From IMG/VR virus record IMGVR_UViG_3300031519_000002: a stretch of 64,000 nt of DNA, one strand, 5' to 3'. The stretch is from a virus. Positions within the stretch are counted from its first letter, which is position 1. Every line of letters starts with the position of its first letter. Below, in pieces: positions 10,439-19,413 of this stretch. Below the pieces are notes generated by a model. The model saw only the letters and a list, made by a program, of their open reading frames with translations, did no database searches and was not told the origin of the DNA. The position numbers and the translations under genes were made by a program.

Positions 10439-11586
10439 TGAAAGTATTAGTTATTGGCGATGTAATAATCGACAAATATATCTATGGCACTTCACAACGT
10501 TTAAGCCCTGAAGCTCCTGTACCTATTGTTAAACACTTACATGAAGTCGAAACACTTGGCGGGGCAGGACTTGTTTACGAAAATTTAAAAAGTTTAGGTG
10601 TTAATGTAACACTAATGGAATCTGATCATGGATACAGAAGTGTTAAGACCCGAGTCATTTGTGATGGTCATTATGTTACACGTATTGACGATGACAAACG
10701 TGCAAGCGGTAACGCAGTATTAGCTGATGTATTGTCTAATGACTTTTCGCAATACGAATATGTAATACTCAGTGATTATGACAAAGGTGTATTAGATAAT
10801 GCAAAAGAAATTATTGCACACATTAACAAATTTAATTGTAAAATAATTGTAGATCCTAAAGAACATGCTAAACATTATAAAGATGCGTGGTTAATAAAAC
10901 CTAATCATAGTGAGTTTACTAAGTTTGGATTTACAAGCTGGCAGGGTAATATCATTACAACTAATGCAGGCAATAATGTAGTTGCCACAATAGATAATGT
11001 AGATTACGATATTCCAGTTGAGCATGTAGAAGTGTCAGATGTTACAGGTGCAGGAGATTGTTTCTTGGCCGCATTTGTATACGGATTAACAAAGCAATAC
11101 AATTATAAGCATTGTTTAGAACTTGCCGTTAGGGGTTCTAGAGAAGCAGTTAAACATGTAGGCACACACTTGCTTACAGTAACTGATATTGAGGATACTA
11201 TTGTGTTTACTAATGGAGTATTTGATATACTACACATAGGGCATTTAAAGCTTCTTAGCCATGCTAAAACACTAGGTAATCGCCTAGTAGTGGGCATTAA
11301 CAGCGATTCCAGTGTTAAGCGATTAAAAGGTGATTTAAGACCCATTAACGATCAGCACACCCGCAAGGAAAGCCTATTAATGCTTGGTTTTGTAGACGAA
11401 GTAATAGTGTTTGAAGAAGACACTCCGTTGGAAGCAATCACCAAATTAGAGCCAAGTATTATAGTAAAAGGCGGTGACTATACAGTAGAGACCGTAGTAG
11501 GAAACGAGTTAGCCAACGTGGTTATATTTCCTATACTAGAAGGACATAGCACAACTTTAATAGTTGACACACTAAACAAAAGATAG
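10438..11586 (+). CDS. hldE: Bifunctional D,D-heptose-7-phosphate kinase / heptose-1-phosphate adenylyltransferase
   Basis: RLSPEAPVP, SDYDKG and DVTGAGD (PfkB kinase) fused to FTNGVFDILHIGH...KGGDY (nucleotidyltransferase). Confidence 0.92.
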   Translation: MKVLVIGDVIIDKYIYGTSQRLSPEAPVPIVKHLHEVETLGGAGLVYENLKSLGVNVTLMESDHGYRSVKTRVICDGHYVTRIDDDKRASGNAVLADVLSNDFSQYEYVILSDYDKGVLDNAKEIIAHINKFNCKIIVDPKEHAKHYKDAWLIKPNHSEFTKFGFTSWQGNIITTNAGNNVVATIDNVDYDIPVEHVEVSDVTGAGDCFLAAFVYGLTKQYNYKHCLELAVRGSREAVKHVGTHLLTVTDIEDTIVFTNGVFDILHIGHLKLLSHAKTLGNRLVVGINSDSSVKRLKGDLRPINDQHTRKESLLMLGFVDEVIVFEEDTPLEAITKLEPSIIVKGGDYTVETVVGNELANVVIFPILEGHSTTLIVDTLNKR

Positions 11587-11592
11587 TATAAT
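11564..11592 (+). promoter_or_regulatory. Perfect sigma70 consensus promoter upstream of hldD
   Basis: TTGACA (11564-11569), 17 bp spacer, TATAAT (11587-11592). Confidence 0.8.
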
Positions 11593-11603
11593 ATATAAAA
11601 GAG

Positions 11604-12437
11604 GTGAGAATGAAAGTATTAGTTACAGGATATAAAGGATTTATTGGGAGTTATATTTCCAATTACCTAACAGAACAAGGTCACGAAGTTGAAGGTTATG
11701 ACTGGGTAGAAAACGTTGTACCGCATGTTGAAGGGTATGATTGGGTTGTGCATTGTGGTGCAATTTCAGATACTACCGAACGTGATGTAGAAAAAGTGTG
11801 GCAACACAATTATGAATTTACATTAAGATTGTTACAAATTTGTGACCACTTTGGAACAAATATCCAAATAGCAAGTACAGCCGCAGTGTATGGTAACATG
11901 ACAGAGTTTAATGAATCTAGTGCAGTGTATCCACAAACACCGTATGCATGGAGTAAGTTTTTAGTTGACAAGTTCCTAAATGATAACGGCTACGATAGCT
12001 TTAGTATGAATGTACAAACTTTTAGATATTTTAATGTGTACGGACCCGGTGAAGGACACAAAGGCGATCAAATGAGCCTAGTTAGTAAGTTTCAAAAACA
12101 GGCTTCGCAAGATGGTGTAATTAAATTGTTTGAAGACAGCGACAAGTATTTTAGAGATTGTATTTGTGTACACGATATTGCAGTAATACAAGAAAAGCTA
12201 ATGCACACAGACGAAGCTGGCTTATTTAATATGGGCACTAACAAAGCGCCAAGTGTAGAAGAAGTTGCTAGAACAATAGCTAAAAAGTATGATGCAAAAA
12301 TTGAATACATTCCGATGCCAGATAAGTTAAAATCACAATACCAAGAATACACTTGTGCTGACAATGCTAAGTTACACAATGCTGTACCGATTAGACATTG
12401 GATGACTGTAGAGGAGTATATTAATGCAACCGACTAG
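11604..12437 (+). CDS. hldD: ADP-L-glycero-D-manno-heptose 6-epimerase
   Basis: TGYKGFIG, GAISDTTE, YAWSK, RYFNVYGPGEGHKG..MS, YQEYTCAD. The start is GTG 11604 or ATG 11610. Confidence 0.9.
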   Translation: MRMKVLVTGYKGFIGSYISNYLTEQGHEVEGYDWVENVVPHVEGYDWVVHCGAISDTTERDVEKVWQHNYEFTLRLLQICDHFGTNIQIASTAAVYGNMTEFNESSAVYPQTPYAWSKFLVDKFLNDNGYDSFSMNVQTFRYFNVYGPGEGHKGDQMSLVSKFQKQASQDGVIKLFEDSDKYFRDCICVHDIAVIQEKLMHTDEAGLFNMGTNKAPSVEEVARTIAKKYDAKIEYIPMPDKLKSQYQEYTCADNAKLHNAVPIRHWMTVEEYINATD

Positions 12438-12828
12438 ACTAGAAGGTAAGGTAGATAAAGGCTGGGGTTACGAATTAATTTGGGCCACTAACGAAAAATA
12501 CTGTGGAAAGATTATGGTGTTTAATCGAGTAGGCGCTAAGTTTAGTATGCATTTCCATAGGGAAAAGGACGAGTCTTGGTTTGTAAACAATGGCAGATTC
12601 TTACTTAATTATATTGACACTGATACTGCTGAGTACAAAAGTCAAGAACTTGTAGAAGGTTCAGTATGGCATAATCCGCCATTAATGCCGCATCAGTTAG
12701 TATGTATGGAAGCTGGAAGTAGTATTACTGAAGTAAGCACTCCTGATAGTGTAGAAGATAATTATCGCATTGGTCCAGGTGATAGCCAAAAGATAAAGCC
12801 AGCAATGGAAATTATAGATCAAGAATAG
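12424..12828 (+). CDS. Cupin, phosphomannose-isomerase / sugar-isomerase-like
   Basis: KGWGYELIW, SMHFHREKDESW, PH.L, EVSTP....DNYR cupin metal motif. Confidence 0.75.
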   Translation: MQPTRLEGKVDKGWGYELIWATNEKYCGKIMVFNRVGAKFSMHFHREKDESWFVNNGRFLLNYIDTDTAEYKSQELVEGSVWHNPPLMPHQLVCMEAGSSITEVSTPDSVEDNYRIGPGDSQKIKPAMEIIDQE

Positions 12829-12846
12829 ATTTAAATTTAAGTCAAT

Positions 12847-12876
12847 AAAAAAGGAGCAATTACTGCTCCTTTTTTT
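12847..12876. terminator. Bidirectional intrinsic terminator
   Basis: AAAAAAGGAGCA-attac-TGCTCCTTTTTTT between convergent genes. Confidence 0.85.
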
Positions 12877-12895
12877 GTGGGTGATTACAGTACTG

Positions 12896-15800
12896 TTAAG
12901 CCTGCGCTTCACCCCATTTAATAATAATGTTAGCATCTAATGCTTCACCAGTCGTCTTATAAACGTTTAGTGCTAGTACGTCAGGACCATTTGGGAAAGT
13001 ACCTCTACCACCTAGTGTAGTATTTGTAAGTTCTTTCAACTGTCCTAGATCTAGTGTTGCACGTTCACCCGGTGTCGCAATAAATGAGAACACAGTTTCT
13101 CCTGGCTGTGCAAATGGTGGTTGACTAAACTCAAAGTTAAATAAATCACCTGCTGACAATGTGCCATTATAGGAGTTGTTAAACGTAACCTTATAGTATT
13201 CAATACCGCCACTGCCTTGATTACCAAACAATAAAGGTCCTTCAATATTTGAAACACTTGACGAAGCTGGAAAAGTAATATCACTTTGGTTAGTTGGAGC
13301 ACCAGCTGAATTGCCTAATGATGTACCACCTTTGGCACCTGCCGCGTCCCAAACACTCTTAGTAAAGAGTGCAAATGCTGAGTTAACAGTATCGCCGCCC
13401 TTTTGGAATGATTGTGAAGCACCGTTACTACTGTTAGCGTTTGGATTGCTTGAGAAGTAAACTAAGTATCTACCATAAACAGTTTGGTCAATAATCTGCT
13501 GGATTGTAGTTCCTGCAGGGAAAAAGTCACCACCGCCTGCGCCATCAGCAATTTGATCACCTGCTGTTAAGTTAGCTGTTTCCCAGCTATCTTGAGCAAA
13601 GTAGCCATAACTTCTGTTTGTTCTAAAGTTCCACCATGGCATCAATTGTGCCGATGTTGTAACCTGGGCCATAACTGCCGCTGTTGTATATGTTGCTGAA
13701 TCACCACTGTTCCAGTTAACACTACCACCGGAAGCAACCTGTGCAAAACTAGGTTGTCCACCTTGTGCAAGTCCTGCAAGTCCTGTCCAACCAATGTCAC
13801 CTGGGTTAAGTGGATAGTTCTGTGGGTTAAGCACACCTTCAATAACAATACCACCTCTAATTGGTGTATCGTCATCAGCCGTACCATCTGATGTAATTTC
13901 TAAGCCTTGCATAAGCAACTGAGCTCTGTTTAGTAGCTCTCTATCACCTAAGTCGCCAACAATAGCATTACTAACACTAGGTGCTAGTCTTAATAAGAAC
14001 GCTGTTTGTTTTGTTGTACTAACACTTAGTCCTGTTTCTGTGTATGAGAAAATATAACCACGGTCATCATCAAAGCCGCCATCTGTAATAAACGCACTAC
14101 CCCAGTGACTAATCAAAGGTGTAATAGTATTACTAATTAAAATAACACCTGTTCTTGCAATGTGTGAAGTTGCAGGCCCTGCATTATACTGTCTAGTAGC
14201 ACCAGCTTGGAAGTTTGTAAGTGTTGTGCCTCTAGTAACGTTTGTAAGATTTTTGTTAACATGGTCAATAGATGTATAACTAATTAACTCGTTATCAATG
14301 TAGACTGTTCCTGCATCTGGAAAGAATTTAGATTCAACTACTGGAATAATTGTTTCACTAGCTGTAATATCTGTGCGTAATGCGGAGTTAGATCCTTCGT
14401 TAGTAACTTCATAACGCACTGGTAAGTTACCTGAACGCATAAATGCTTCTGTGTTTACGTTTGAGTTACGCATTCTGTGACAGAATACAAAGTTACCATC
14501 TGCACCACGTAGCATCCAGTCAATAAAGCCTGCACCATACCAACTGTATTGAATACCAATCATCTGCATGTATCTAACATCCATATTGTATCCACTTGGT
14601 CCTGTGCCGTCTAACCTATCTAAGTTCCACTCTTCTTGCAGAACTTTTTTATCTGTAATCAAGTTAACCTTTGCCGCTAGTACGCTATTAACACCTCTAT
14701 AATCTGGTGTTACAGTCATCTGTGTTTGTGAATCAACGTTCGAAACAACGTGTGTCATTCCTTTGATAACAATTCTATCACCAGCTTTTAACTGATCTCT
14801 AAATCGTGTATTGTTTCCTATCATCAAGTTACTATCTGTATTAATTGCTACAGTTCCTGCAACTTGTTTTGTACTTGTACGCTGTGCTACACTAACGTTT
14901 GATCCATCAAACTCCCAATAAATTCCGTTTTGATCATCAAATACACCTGAACGCACTGTTGCGCCATGCCATCCAACAACGGTCATTTGTGCCGCAAATC
15001 CTAAGATTGCAGTAGTAGCGCCTAGTCGTCTAGTTGAAAGACATCTTAAACTTCTTTCATCTATAATTTGTGTAATTACATATTCGCCGTTGTAGCCTGC
15101 TGTTTCAACACCAATAAGTCTAATCTTTCCACCAACTTGGGCGCCGTGATCGTTGTCATCTGTTGTAATAGTAACAATAGCACCAATGCCTGTTCCGTCT
15201 GCTGTAATAGTTCTTACGTCATAACTCGGAGCAAAAAGTGCACCAGTTGTATACATAATACCTTTACCTGACTGATATCTAATATATTTTTTACTTTGAC
15301 GTATTGCTTGCGCTCCGTGCTGTGGACCGCCTGTACCTAGTTGTACACCACCGTCATATGGTCTGTGAATAAAGAAGCTATCTGGACGTAAGTACACGTT
15401 ACCTTGGATTCTATCTTCAGTACTGTCGCCTGCTGTAAATTCTAAAATAGAACCAGGTGCTCTTGTATTGTATCTAATTTTCTTAGTGGTTGGAATATTA
15501 ATAGCAAGGAATGATCCTGATGCTAGTGCGTGATTATTTGTTCCGCCATCATCAGAGTTAACATCAACTAAGAAAGTATCTCCTGGAACAATACCATGTG
15601 AGTAAGGCCATGTTACTTCGATAGTAGCTAGTGCCTCAAAGTTAACACTTGAACTTGAACTAATTTCTGCTGTTGTAAAGTCTGTTAGTGTAACGCCGTT
15701 TACTAAGCTAAGGCCGCCTCCACCTGCACCAGTACCTGTGATAGTAACTGTTGATAGTCCGCCACTGCCGTCTACTGATGCTACTACAATAGTTGCATCG

Positions 15801-18800
15801 TTTGCTGTAGTTGCGCCGCCTAAGCTAGTACCTACTACTGTTAAAGTGTTACCAACTTTATATCCACTACCGCTTGAGCCGATTGTGGTAGTTAGTGTGC
15901 CTGATGTTCTAGTAATATCAAATGTAGCACTTGTACCTGCATGTGCTACGTTACTACCTGCTTGACCTGTAAAGACTGTTGGTAGTGCCGGAGCAGTACC
16001 TGCAATACTTACAGTACCAATAGCACCAGTTTCGCCATTAACACTATCAATTGTAATAGTTGCATCGTTTGCTGTAGTTGTGCCGCCAATTTCTGTACCT
16101 GCTATTACAAAAGTTTGACCAACATGATAGTTTGTACCATTTGCTGTAACTGTTGTAGTAAATGTAGAACCGTCATTAGCAACATTAAACGTTGCACTTG
16201 CGCCTGCTAAATTAGCCATTACCTTTGATTCAAACGCACCACCGTTAAATGCCGCTGGTACTGATGATACATCACTTCCTTCTACACGAACATCAGTAAT
16301 AGCGCCTACGCCGTCAACTGATACTACTCTTAGATATAAATCGTTTGCTGGAGTTGCACCGCCTAATAAATTACCAGCACAAACAAGTGTGTCTGCTGTT
16401 GTATAACCTGTTCCATTATTACCCGATTGCTGGTATGTATACGTTGTTCCGTTTACATTAATTCCAAATTCAAGGGCGCTACCTGATCCACCTGTAAATG
16501 CTAAGTTTGACCCACCAAAGCTATAACTTCTTGATTGACTTGGTGGTGTACCTATACTCCATCCACTGTTATCTGGAACTATTGAACTAATTGATCCGCC
16601 TGCGGCAACTCCTGTAACTTTACCAACAAAGTCATTGCCTCCACTGGCTACGTTACCGTTTTGTCCTGTGCCGCCCAATAGCTGGCTACCTTCAATTCTT
16701 AGTCTGTCGTTAATTGCATAACCTGTACTGTCGTTTGGTGAACTAATATCAACTGAACTAAATCCAGAGCCTTCAAAGTTAATATCAAACTGCGCAGAGT
16801 TAATTGTTCCGCCTGCGTTTATATATGTTTTTGTAGGGCCAGTATAACTAATTGTTCCACTAAGTGCAGTACCTGCAATAGTTCCACCTGTTATGCCACC
16901 TGATCCATTAATTGTACTTACAGTTATTGATACATCGTTAGTCGGAGTAGTTCCGCCTAAATTGTCACCCGTAACTAGTAGTATGTCACCTATTACATAT
17001 CCACTACCTGCTTGTGTTACTGCATCAATAGTATATGTTGTACCACCTTTTGAAATTGTAAATTGTGCGTTTAGACCTGCAGGAGTAGCAATAGTACCAC
17101 TTACACCTGTATAGGTTTCTGTGTTTCTTGTAACTGCTCCAGTAAATGCACCACTCATACTAAGAGTGGTTCCTGAAATGTTGTTAACAAATATAGCATC
17201 ACCACTTCCGTTGTCTGCCGCTAGTCCTACAACAATACCTGTTGTGCTTGATACTACAATGTCAGTGTTTCCAATACTAATATCTTGTGTTAAGTTTAGT
17301 GGTAGTGCGTTACCGTCTGGTGTACTTGAAATAGCTGTAACTTGTGTTCCTGTTGGTAACGCTCCGTTAACAATCGGAGCACCAACTTCTGGAACATCTC
17401 CTGTAAATGCAAGTCTGTTCTCACTAATTTGTGCAGTAAGTGCTAAACTCATGGTACCGTTTGTACCATTACTAAACAAAGTAAATGCCGGCTGTCCAAC
17501 ACTTGCTCCTGTATAAAATGCACCCTGTCTTAGCTGTGTATACGTTGTTGAAAGAATTTGGCCATTAGTTGTACCAACTTTTGCTTTAGCATAAAATGTA
17601 AATGTAGTGTTAGTTGGAATGGATTGAATAATAAATGATCCTTCACCACGTGCCGCGCCGCCAACACTATCTTCAAGTGCTTTAATTGTAATTGGGGTAC
17701 CTGCTAAGAATCCATGGGCACCAACTGTTGTAACTGTAATTAAACTTGATCCAATGCCAGCTGTGCCAGACGATGCATCTGTTTGTACTGTTAGCACCTG
17801 TGTATCAGTGCCTGGTAGCTCGTACACACTTGGATATCCGCGCATCATACCAATAGCTGACCATTTAGTAGGCTGTAGACCGTACTCAAAGTCAGCGTCA
17901 AGCATTGACAATGGAGGTGCAATACGCATACGTTCAATAGCATCAGTACCAAAGTCATATGGTCTTGTTCTTTGCTCTGGGCTATCAATAAAGATTTGTA
18001 ATTCATCTGATTCTACGTGCGTCGAAGTATTGTAGTTTAAGTCAATAATTGTTACTGCATCAGTAACTTGTAAGTATTTTGGAAAGTCTAAGTCAGCATT
18101 TTCATTAGCCGACACACTATCATACTTTGGAACATATCCACTTGAATCTCTAGGTGTAACGTCATCAATTCTTGTTACTTTACCGCCTTTTAGAACATCT
18201 GTAAAGTTGTAAATAACTTCTGATTTAGTAGTGTTTGTTATAATTAACAAGTCACTAGCATCATAGTTACCTTGGAATCTAACATGACCTAATCCTTTGC
18301 GCTCAAAGGTCGGTAATGCACTTGTGCCTGTTGTTAGTACACTAATAACAATTCCTGACAGTAGTTGAATACGTCCAGGAGCCGCGTTTTCAACAGTCTT
18401 AGTTCCGTCAATTACTTGAGCAATGTTACCTTGATAAGGTGTAGACTGTGGCGAGTTATTAAAAACATGGTTAACAAGTAAGTCACGAGTATATTCTTTA
18501 GCTCTAATTTCTGCTATTCTGTCACCGTCGACTTGAGCAACGTCTTGCTCCCAATAAGTTTTTGAAATTCTTGTTGTTTCTTCGTTACCAGTGTAGCGTA
18601 AATCGTGCGCCCAAGCAACAAGGTTGTACCCTGTGTCTCGTTCACATCTTGCTTGATCGTAAACATACCCACTAAAGCCGTCTGCCCCGTCTGCTACTTG
18701 CTGTGCGATCCAAGCCGCCACCTCCGCTTTAATAAATGCTATGTTTGCATCTAACAATGCCCATGCATTCGGATACGTGTTGTCGTTTACTCCAATACCT

Positions 18801-18838
18801 GGATAAAACTTGTAATTATAAATCTTTTTCTTAGCCAT
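12896..18838 (-). CDS. Giant virion structural protein (fibre/baseplate-type, 1980 aa)
   Basis: G/S/T-rich beta repeats; structural-gene context. Confidence 0.7.
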   Translation of the reverse strand: MAKKKIYNYKFYPGIGVNDNTYPNAWALLDANIAFIKAEVAAWIAQQVADGADGFSGYVYDQARCERDTGYNLVAWAHDLRYTGNEETTRISKTYWEQDVAQVDGDRIAEIRAKEYTRDLLVNHVFNNSPQSTPYQGNIAQVIDGTKTVENAAPGRIQLLSGIVISVLTTGTSALPTFERKGLGHVRFQGNYDASDLLIITNTTKSEVIYNFTDVLKGGKVTRIDDVTPRDSSGYVPKYDSVSANENADLDFPKYLQVTDAVTIIDLNYNTSTHVESDELQIFIDSPEQRTRPYDFGTDAIERMRIAPPLSMLDADFEYGLQPTKWSAIGMMRGYPSVYELPGTDTQVLTVQTDASSGTAGIGSSLITVTTVGAHGFLAGTPITIKALEDSVGGAARGEGSFIIQSIPTNTTFTFYAKAKVGTTNGQILSTTYTQLRQGAFYTGASVGQPAFTLFSNGTNGTMSLALTAQISENRLAFTGDVPEVGAPIVNGALPTGTQVTAISSTPDGNALPLNLTQDISIGNTDIVVSSTTGIVVGLAADNGSGDAIFVNNISGTTLSMSGAFTGAVTRNTETYTGVSGTIATPAGLNAQFTISKGGTTYTIDAVTQAGSGYVIGDILLVTGDNLGGTTPTNDVSITVSTINGSGGITGGTIAGTALSGTISYTGPTKTYINAGGTINSAQFDINFEGSGFSSVDISSPNDSTGYAINDRLRIEGSQLLGGTGQNGNVASGGNDFVGKVTGVAAGGSISSIVPDNSGWSIGTPPSQSRSYSFGGSNLAFTGGSGSALEFGINVNGTTYTYQQSGNNGTGYTTADTLVCAGNLLGGATPANDLYLRVVSVDGVGAITDVRVEGSDVSSVPAAFNGGAFESKVMANLAGASATFNVANDGSTFTTTVTANGTNYHVGQTFVIAGTEIGGTTTANDATITIDSVNGETGAIGTVSIAGTAPALPTVFTGQAGSNVAHAGTSATFDITRTSGTLTTTIGSSGSGYKVGNTLTVVGTSLGGATTANDATIVVASVDGSGGLSTVTITGTGAGGGGLSLVNGVTLTDFTTAEISSSSSVNFEALATIEVTWPYSHGIVPGDTFLVDVNSDDGGTNNHALASGSFLAINIPTTKKIRYNTRAPGSILEFTAGDSTEDRIQGNVYLRPDSFFIHRPYDGGVQLGTGGPQHGAQAIRQSKKYIRYQSGKGIMYTTGALFAPSYDVRTITADGTGIGAIVTITTDDNDHGAQVGGKIRLIGVETAGYNGEYVITQIIDERSLRCLSTRRLGATTAILGFAAQMTVVGWHGATVRSGVFDDQNGIYWEFDGSNVSVAQRTSTKQVAGTVAINTDSNLMIGNNTRFRDQLKAGDRIVIKGMTHVVSNVDSQTQMTVTPDYRGVNSVLAAKVNLITDKKVLQEEWNLDRLDGTGPSGYNMDVRYMQMIGIQYSWYGAGFIDWMLRGADGNFVFCHRMRNSNVNTEAFMRSGNLPVRYEVTNEGSNSALRTDITASETIIPVVESKFFPDAGTVYIDNELISYTSIDHVNKNLTNVTRGTTLTNFQAGATRQYNAGPATSHIARTGVILISNTITPLISHWGSAFITDGGFDDDRGYIFSYTETGLSVSTTKQTAFLLRLAPSVSNAIVGDLGDRELLNRAQLLMQGLEITSDGTADDDTPIRGGIVIEGVLNPQNYPLNPGDIGWTGLAGLAQGGQPSFAQVASGGSVNWNSGDSATYTTAAVMAQVTTSAQLMPWWNFRTNRSYGYFAQDSWETANLTAGDQIADGAGGGDFFPAGTTIQQIIDQTVYGRYLVYFSSNPNANSSNGASQSFQKGGDTVNSAFALFTKSVWDAAGAKGGTSLGNSAGAPTNQSDITFPASSSVSNIEGPLLFGNQGSGGIEYYKVTFNNSYNGTLSAGDLFNFEFSQPPFAQPGETVFSFIATPGERATLDLGQLKELTNTTLGGRGTFPNGPDVLALNVYKTTGEALDANIIIKWGEAQA
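15730..17110 (-). repeat. About five degenerate protein repeats GxGY..GD...V.G..LGG.T..ND..I.V..V...G.I
   Basis: Visible in the translation of the 1980-aa protein; boundaries approximate. Confidence 0.65.
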
Positions 18839-18843
18839 TCTCT

Positions 18844-19401
18844 TTATGCTCCAAATGCTACTGCAAGGGCTGTGGCCGTTGCGTCTACATAACTTTTACT
18901 AGTTGCGTGTGTACCCAGTGTAGGTTGATTAACCAACAATACATTGTTACTGATATTTACGTCTCCGACGAAGCTTGCACCATTCATATTGATTGATGAT
19001 GCTGAGCTGTCTGGATTCGTTGCCATATCAATTGTGTGTACTCTTATTTGTGAAGGAGTATTATATCCAATTTCTACATTGTCTATGCTACCCGGAAGTG
19101 CTCCAACACTTTTAATAATTACTCTGCCGTTAACTACTGATAATGCAGTGTCAGACAAGTAGTTAACTTTAAAAACACCACCGGTTACAGCAAGGCTATC
19201 AAAACTATTTGATACTTGTGTTCCCGTATCGTCACCTGCATCATCTGCTGGAGGAACATAAGCAACAAACGGTGTTCCGTTGAGCAAAATGCTTTGAACA
19301 TCGATAACAGGAGTAGTTAGTTTACCAGCTGTGTCGACTGTAAAGAAAGGACTTTCAAATCCATTTTGTGCTTGGAATTTATCGTTAATTACTGTTGCCA
19401 T
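18844..19401 (-). CDS. Fibre-associated structural protein
   Basis: C-terminal P....HATSKSYVD fibre motif followed by an ALAVAFG end. Confidence 0.6.
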   Translation of the reverse strand: MATVINDKFQAQNGFESPFFTVDTAGKLTTPVIDVQSILLNGTPFVAYVPPADDAGDDTGTQVSNSFDSLAVTGGVFKVNYLSDTALSVVNGRVIIKSVGALPGSIDNVEIGYNTPSQIRVHTIDMATNPDSSASSINMNGASFVGDVNISNNVLLVNQPTLGTHATSKSYVDATATALAVAFGA

Positions 19402-19413
19402 TGTATTCCCTTA

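Noticed and set aside
12811-12845. Minus-strand TTGACT...TATAAT antisense promoter into the cupin gene
   Set aside because: The spacing (23 bp) does not fit sigma70.
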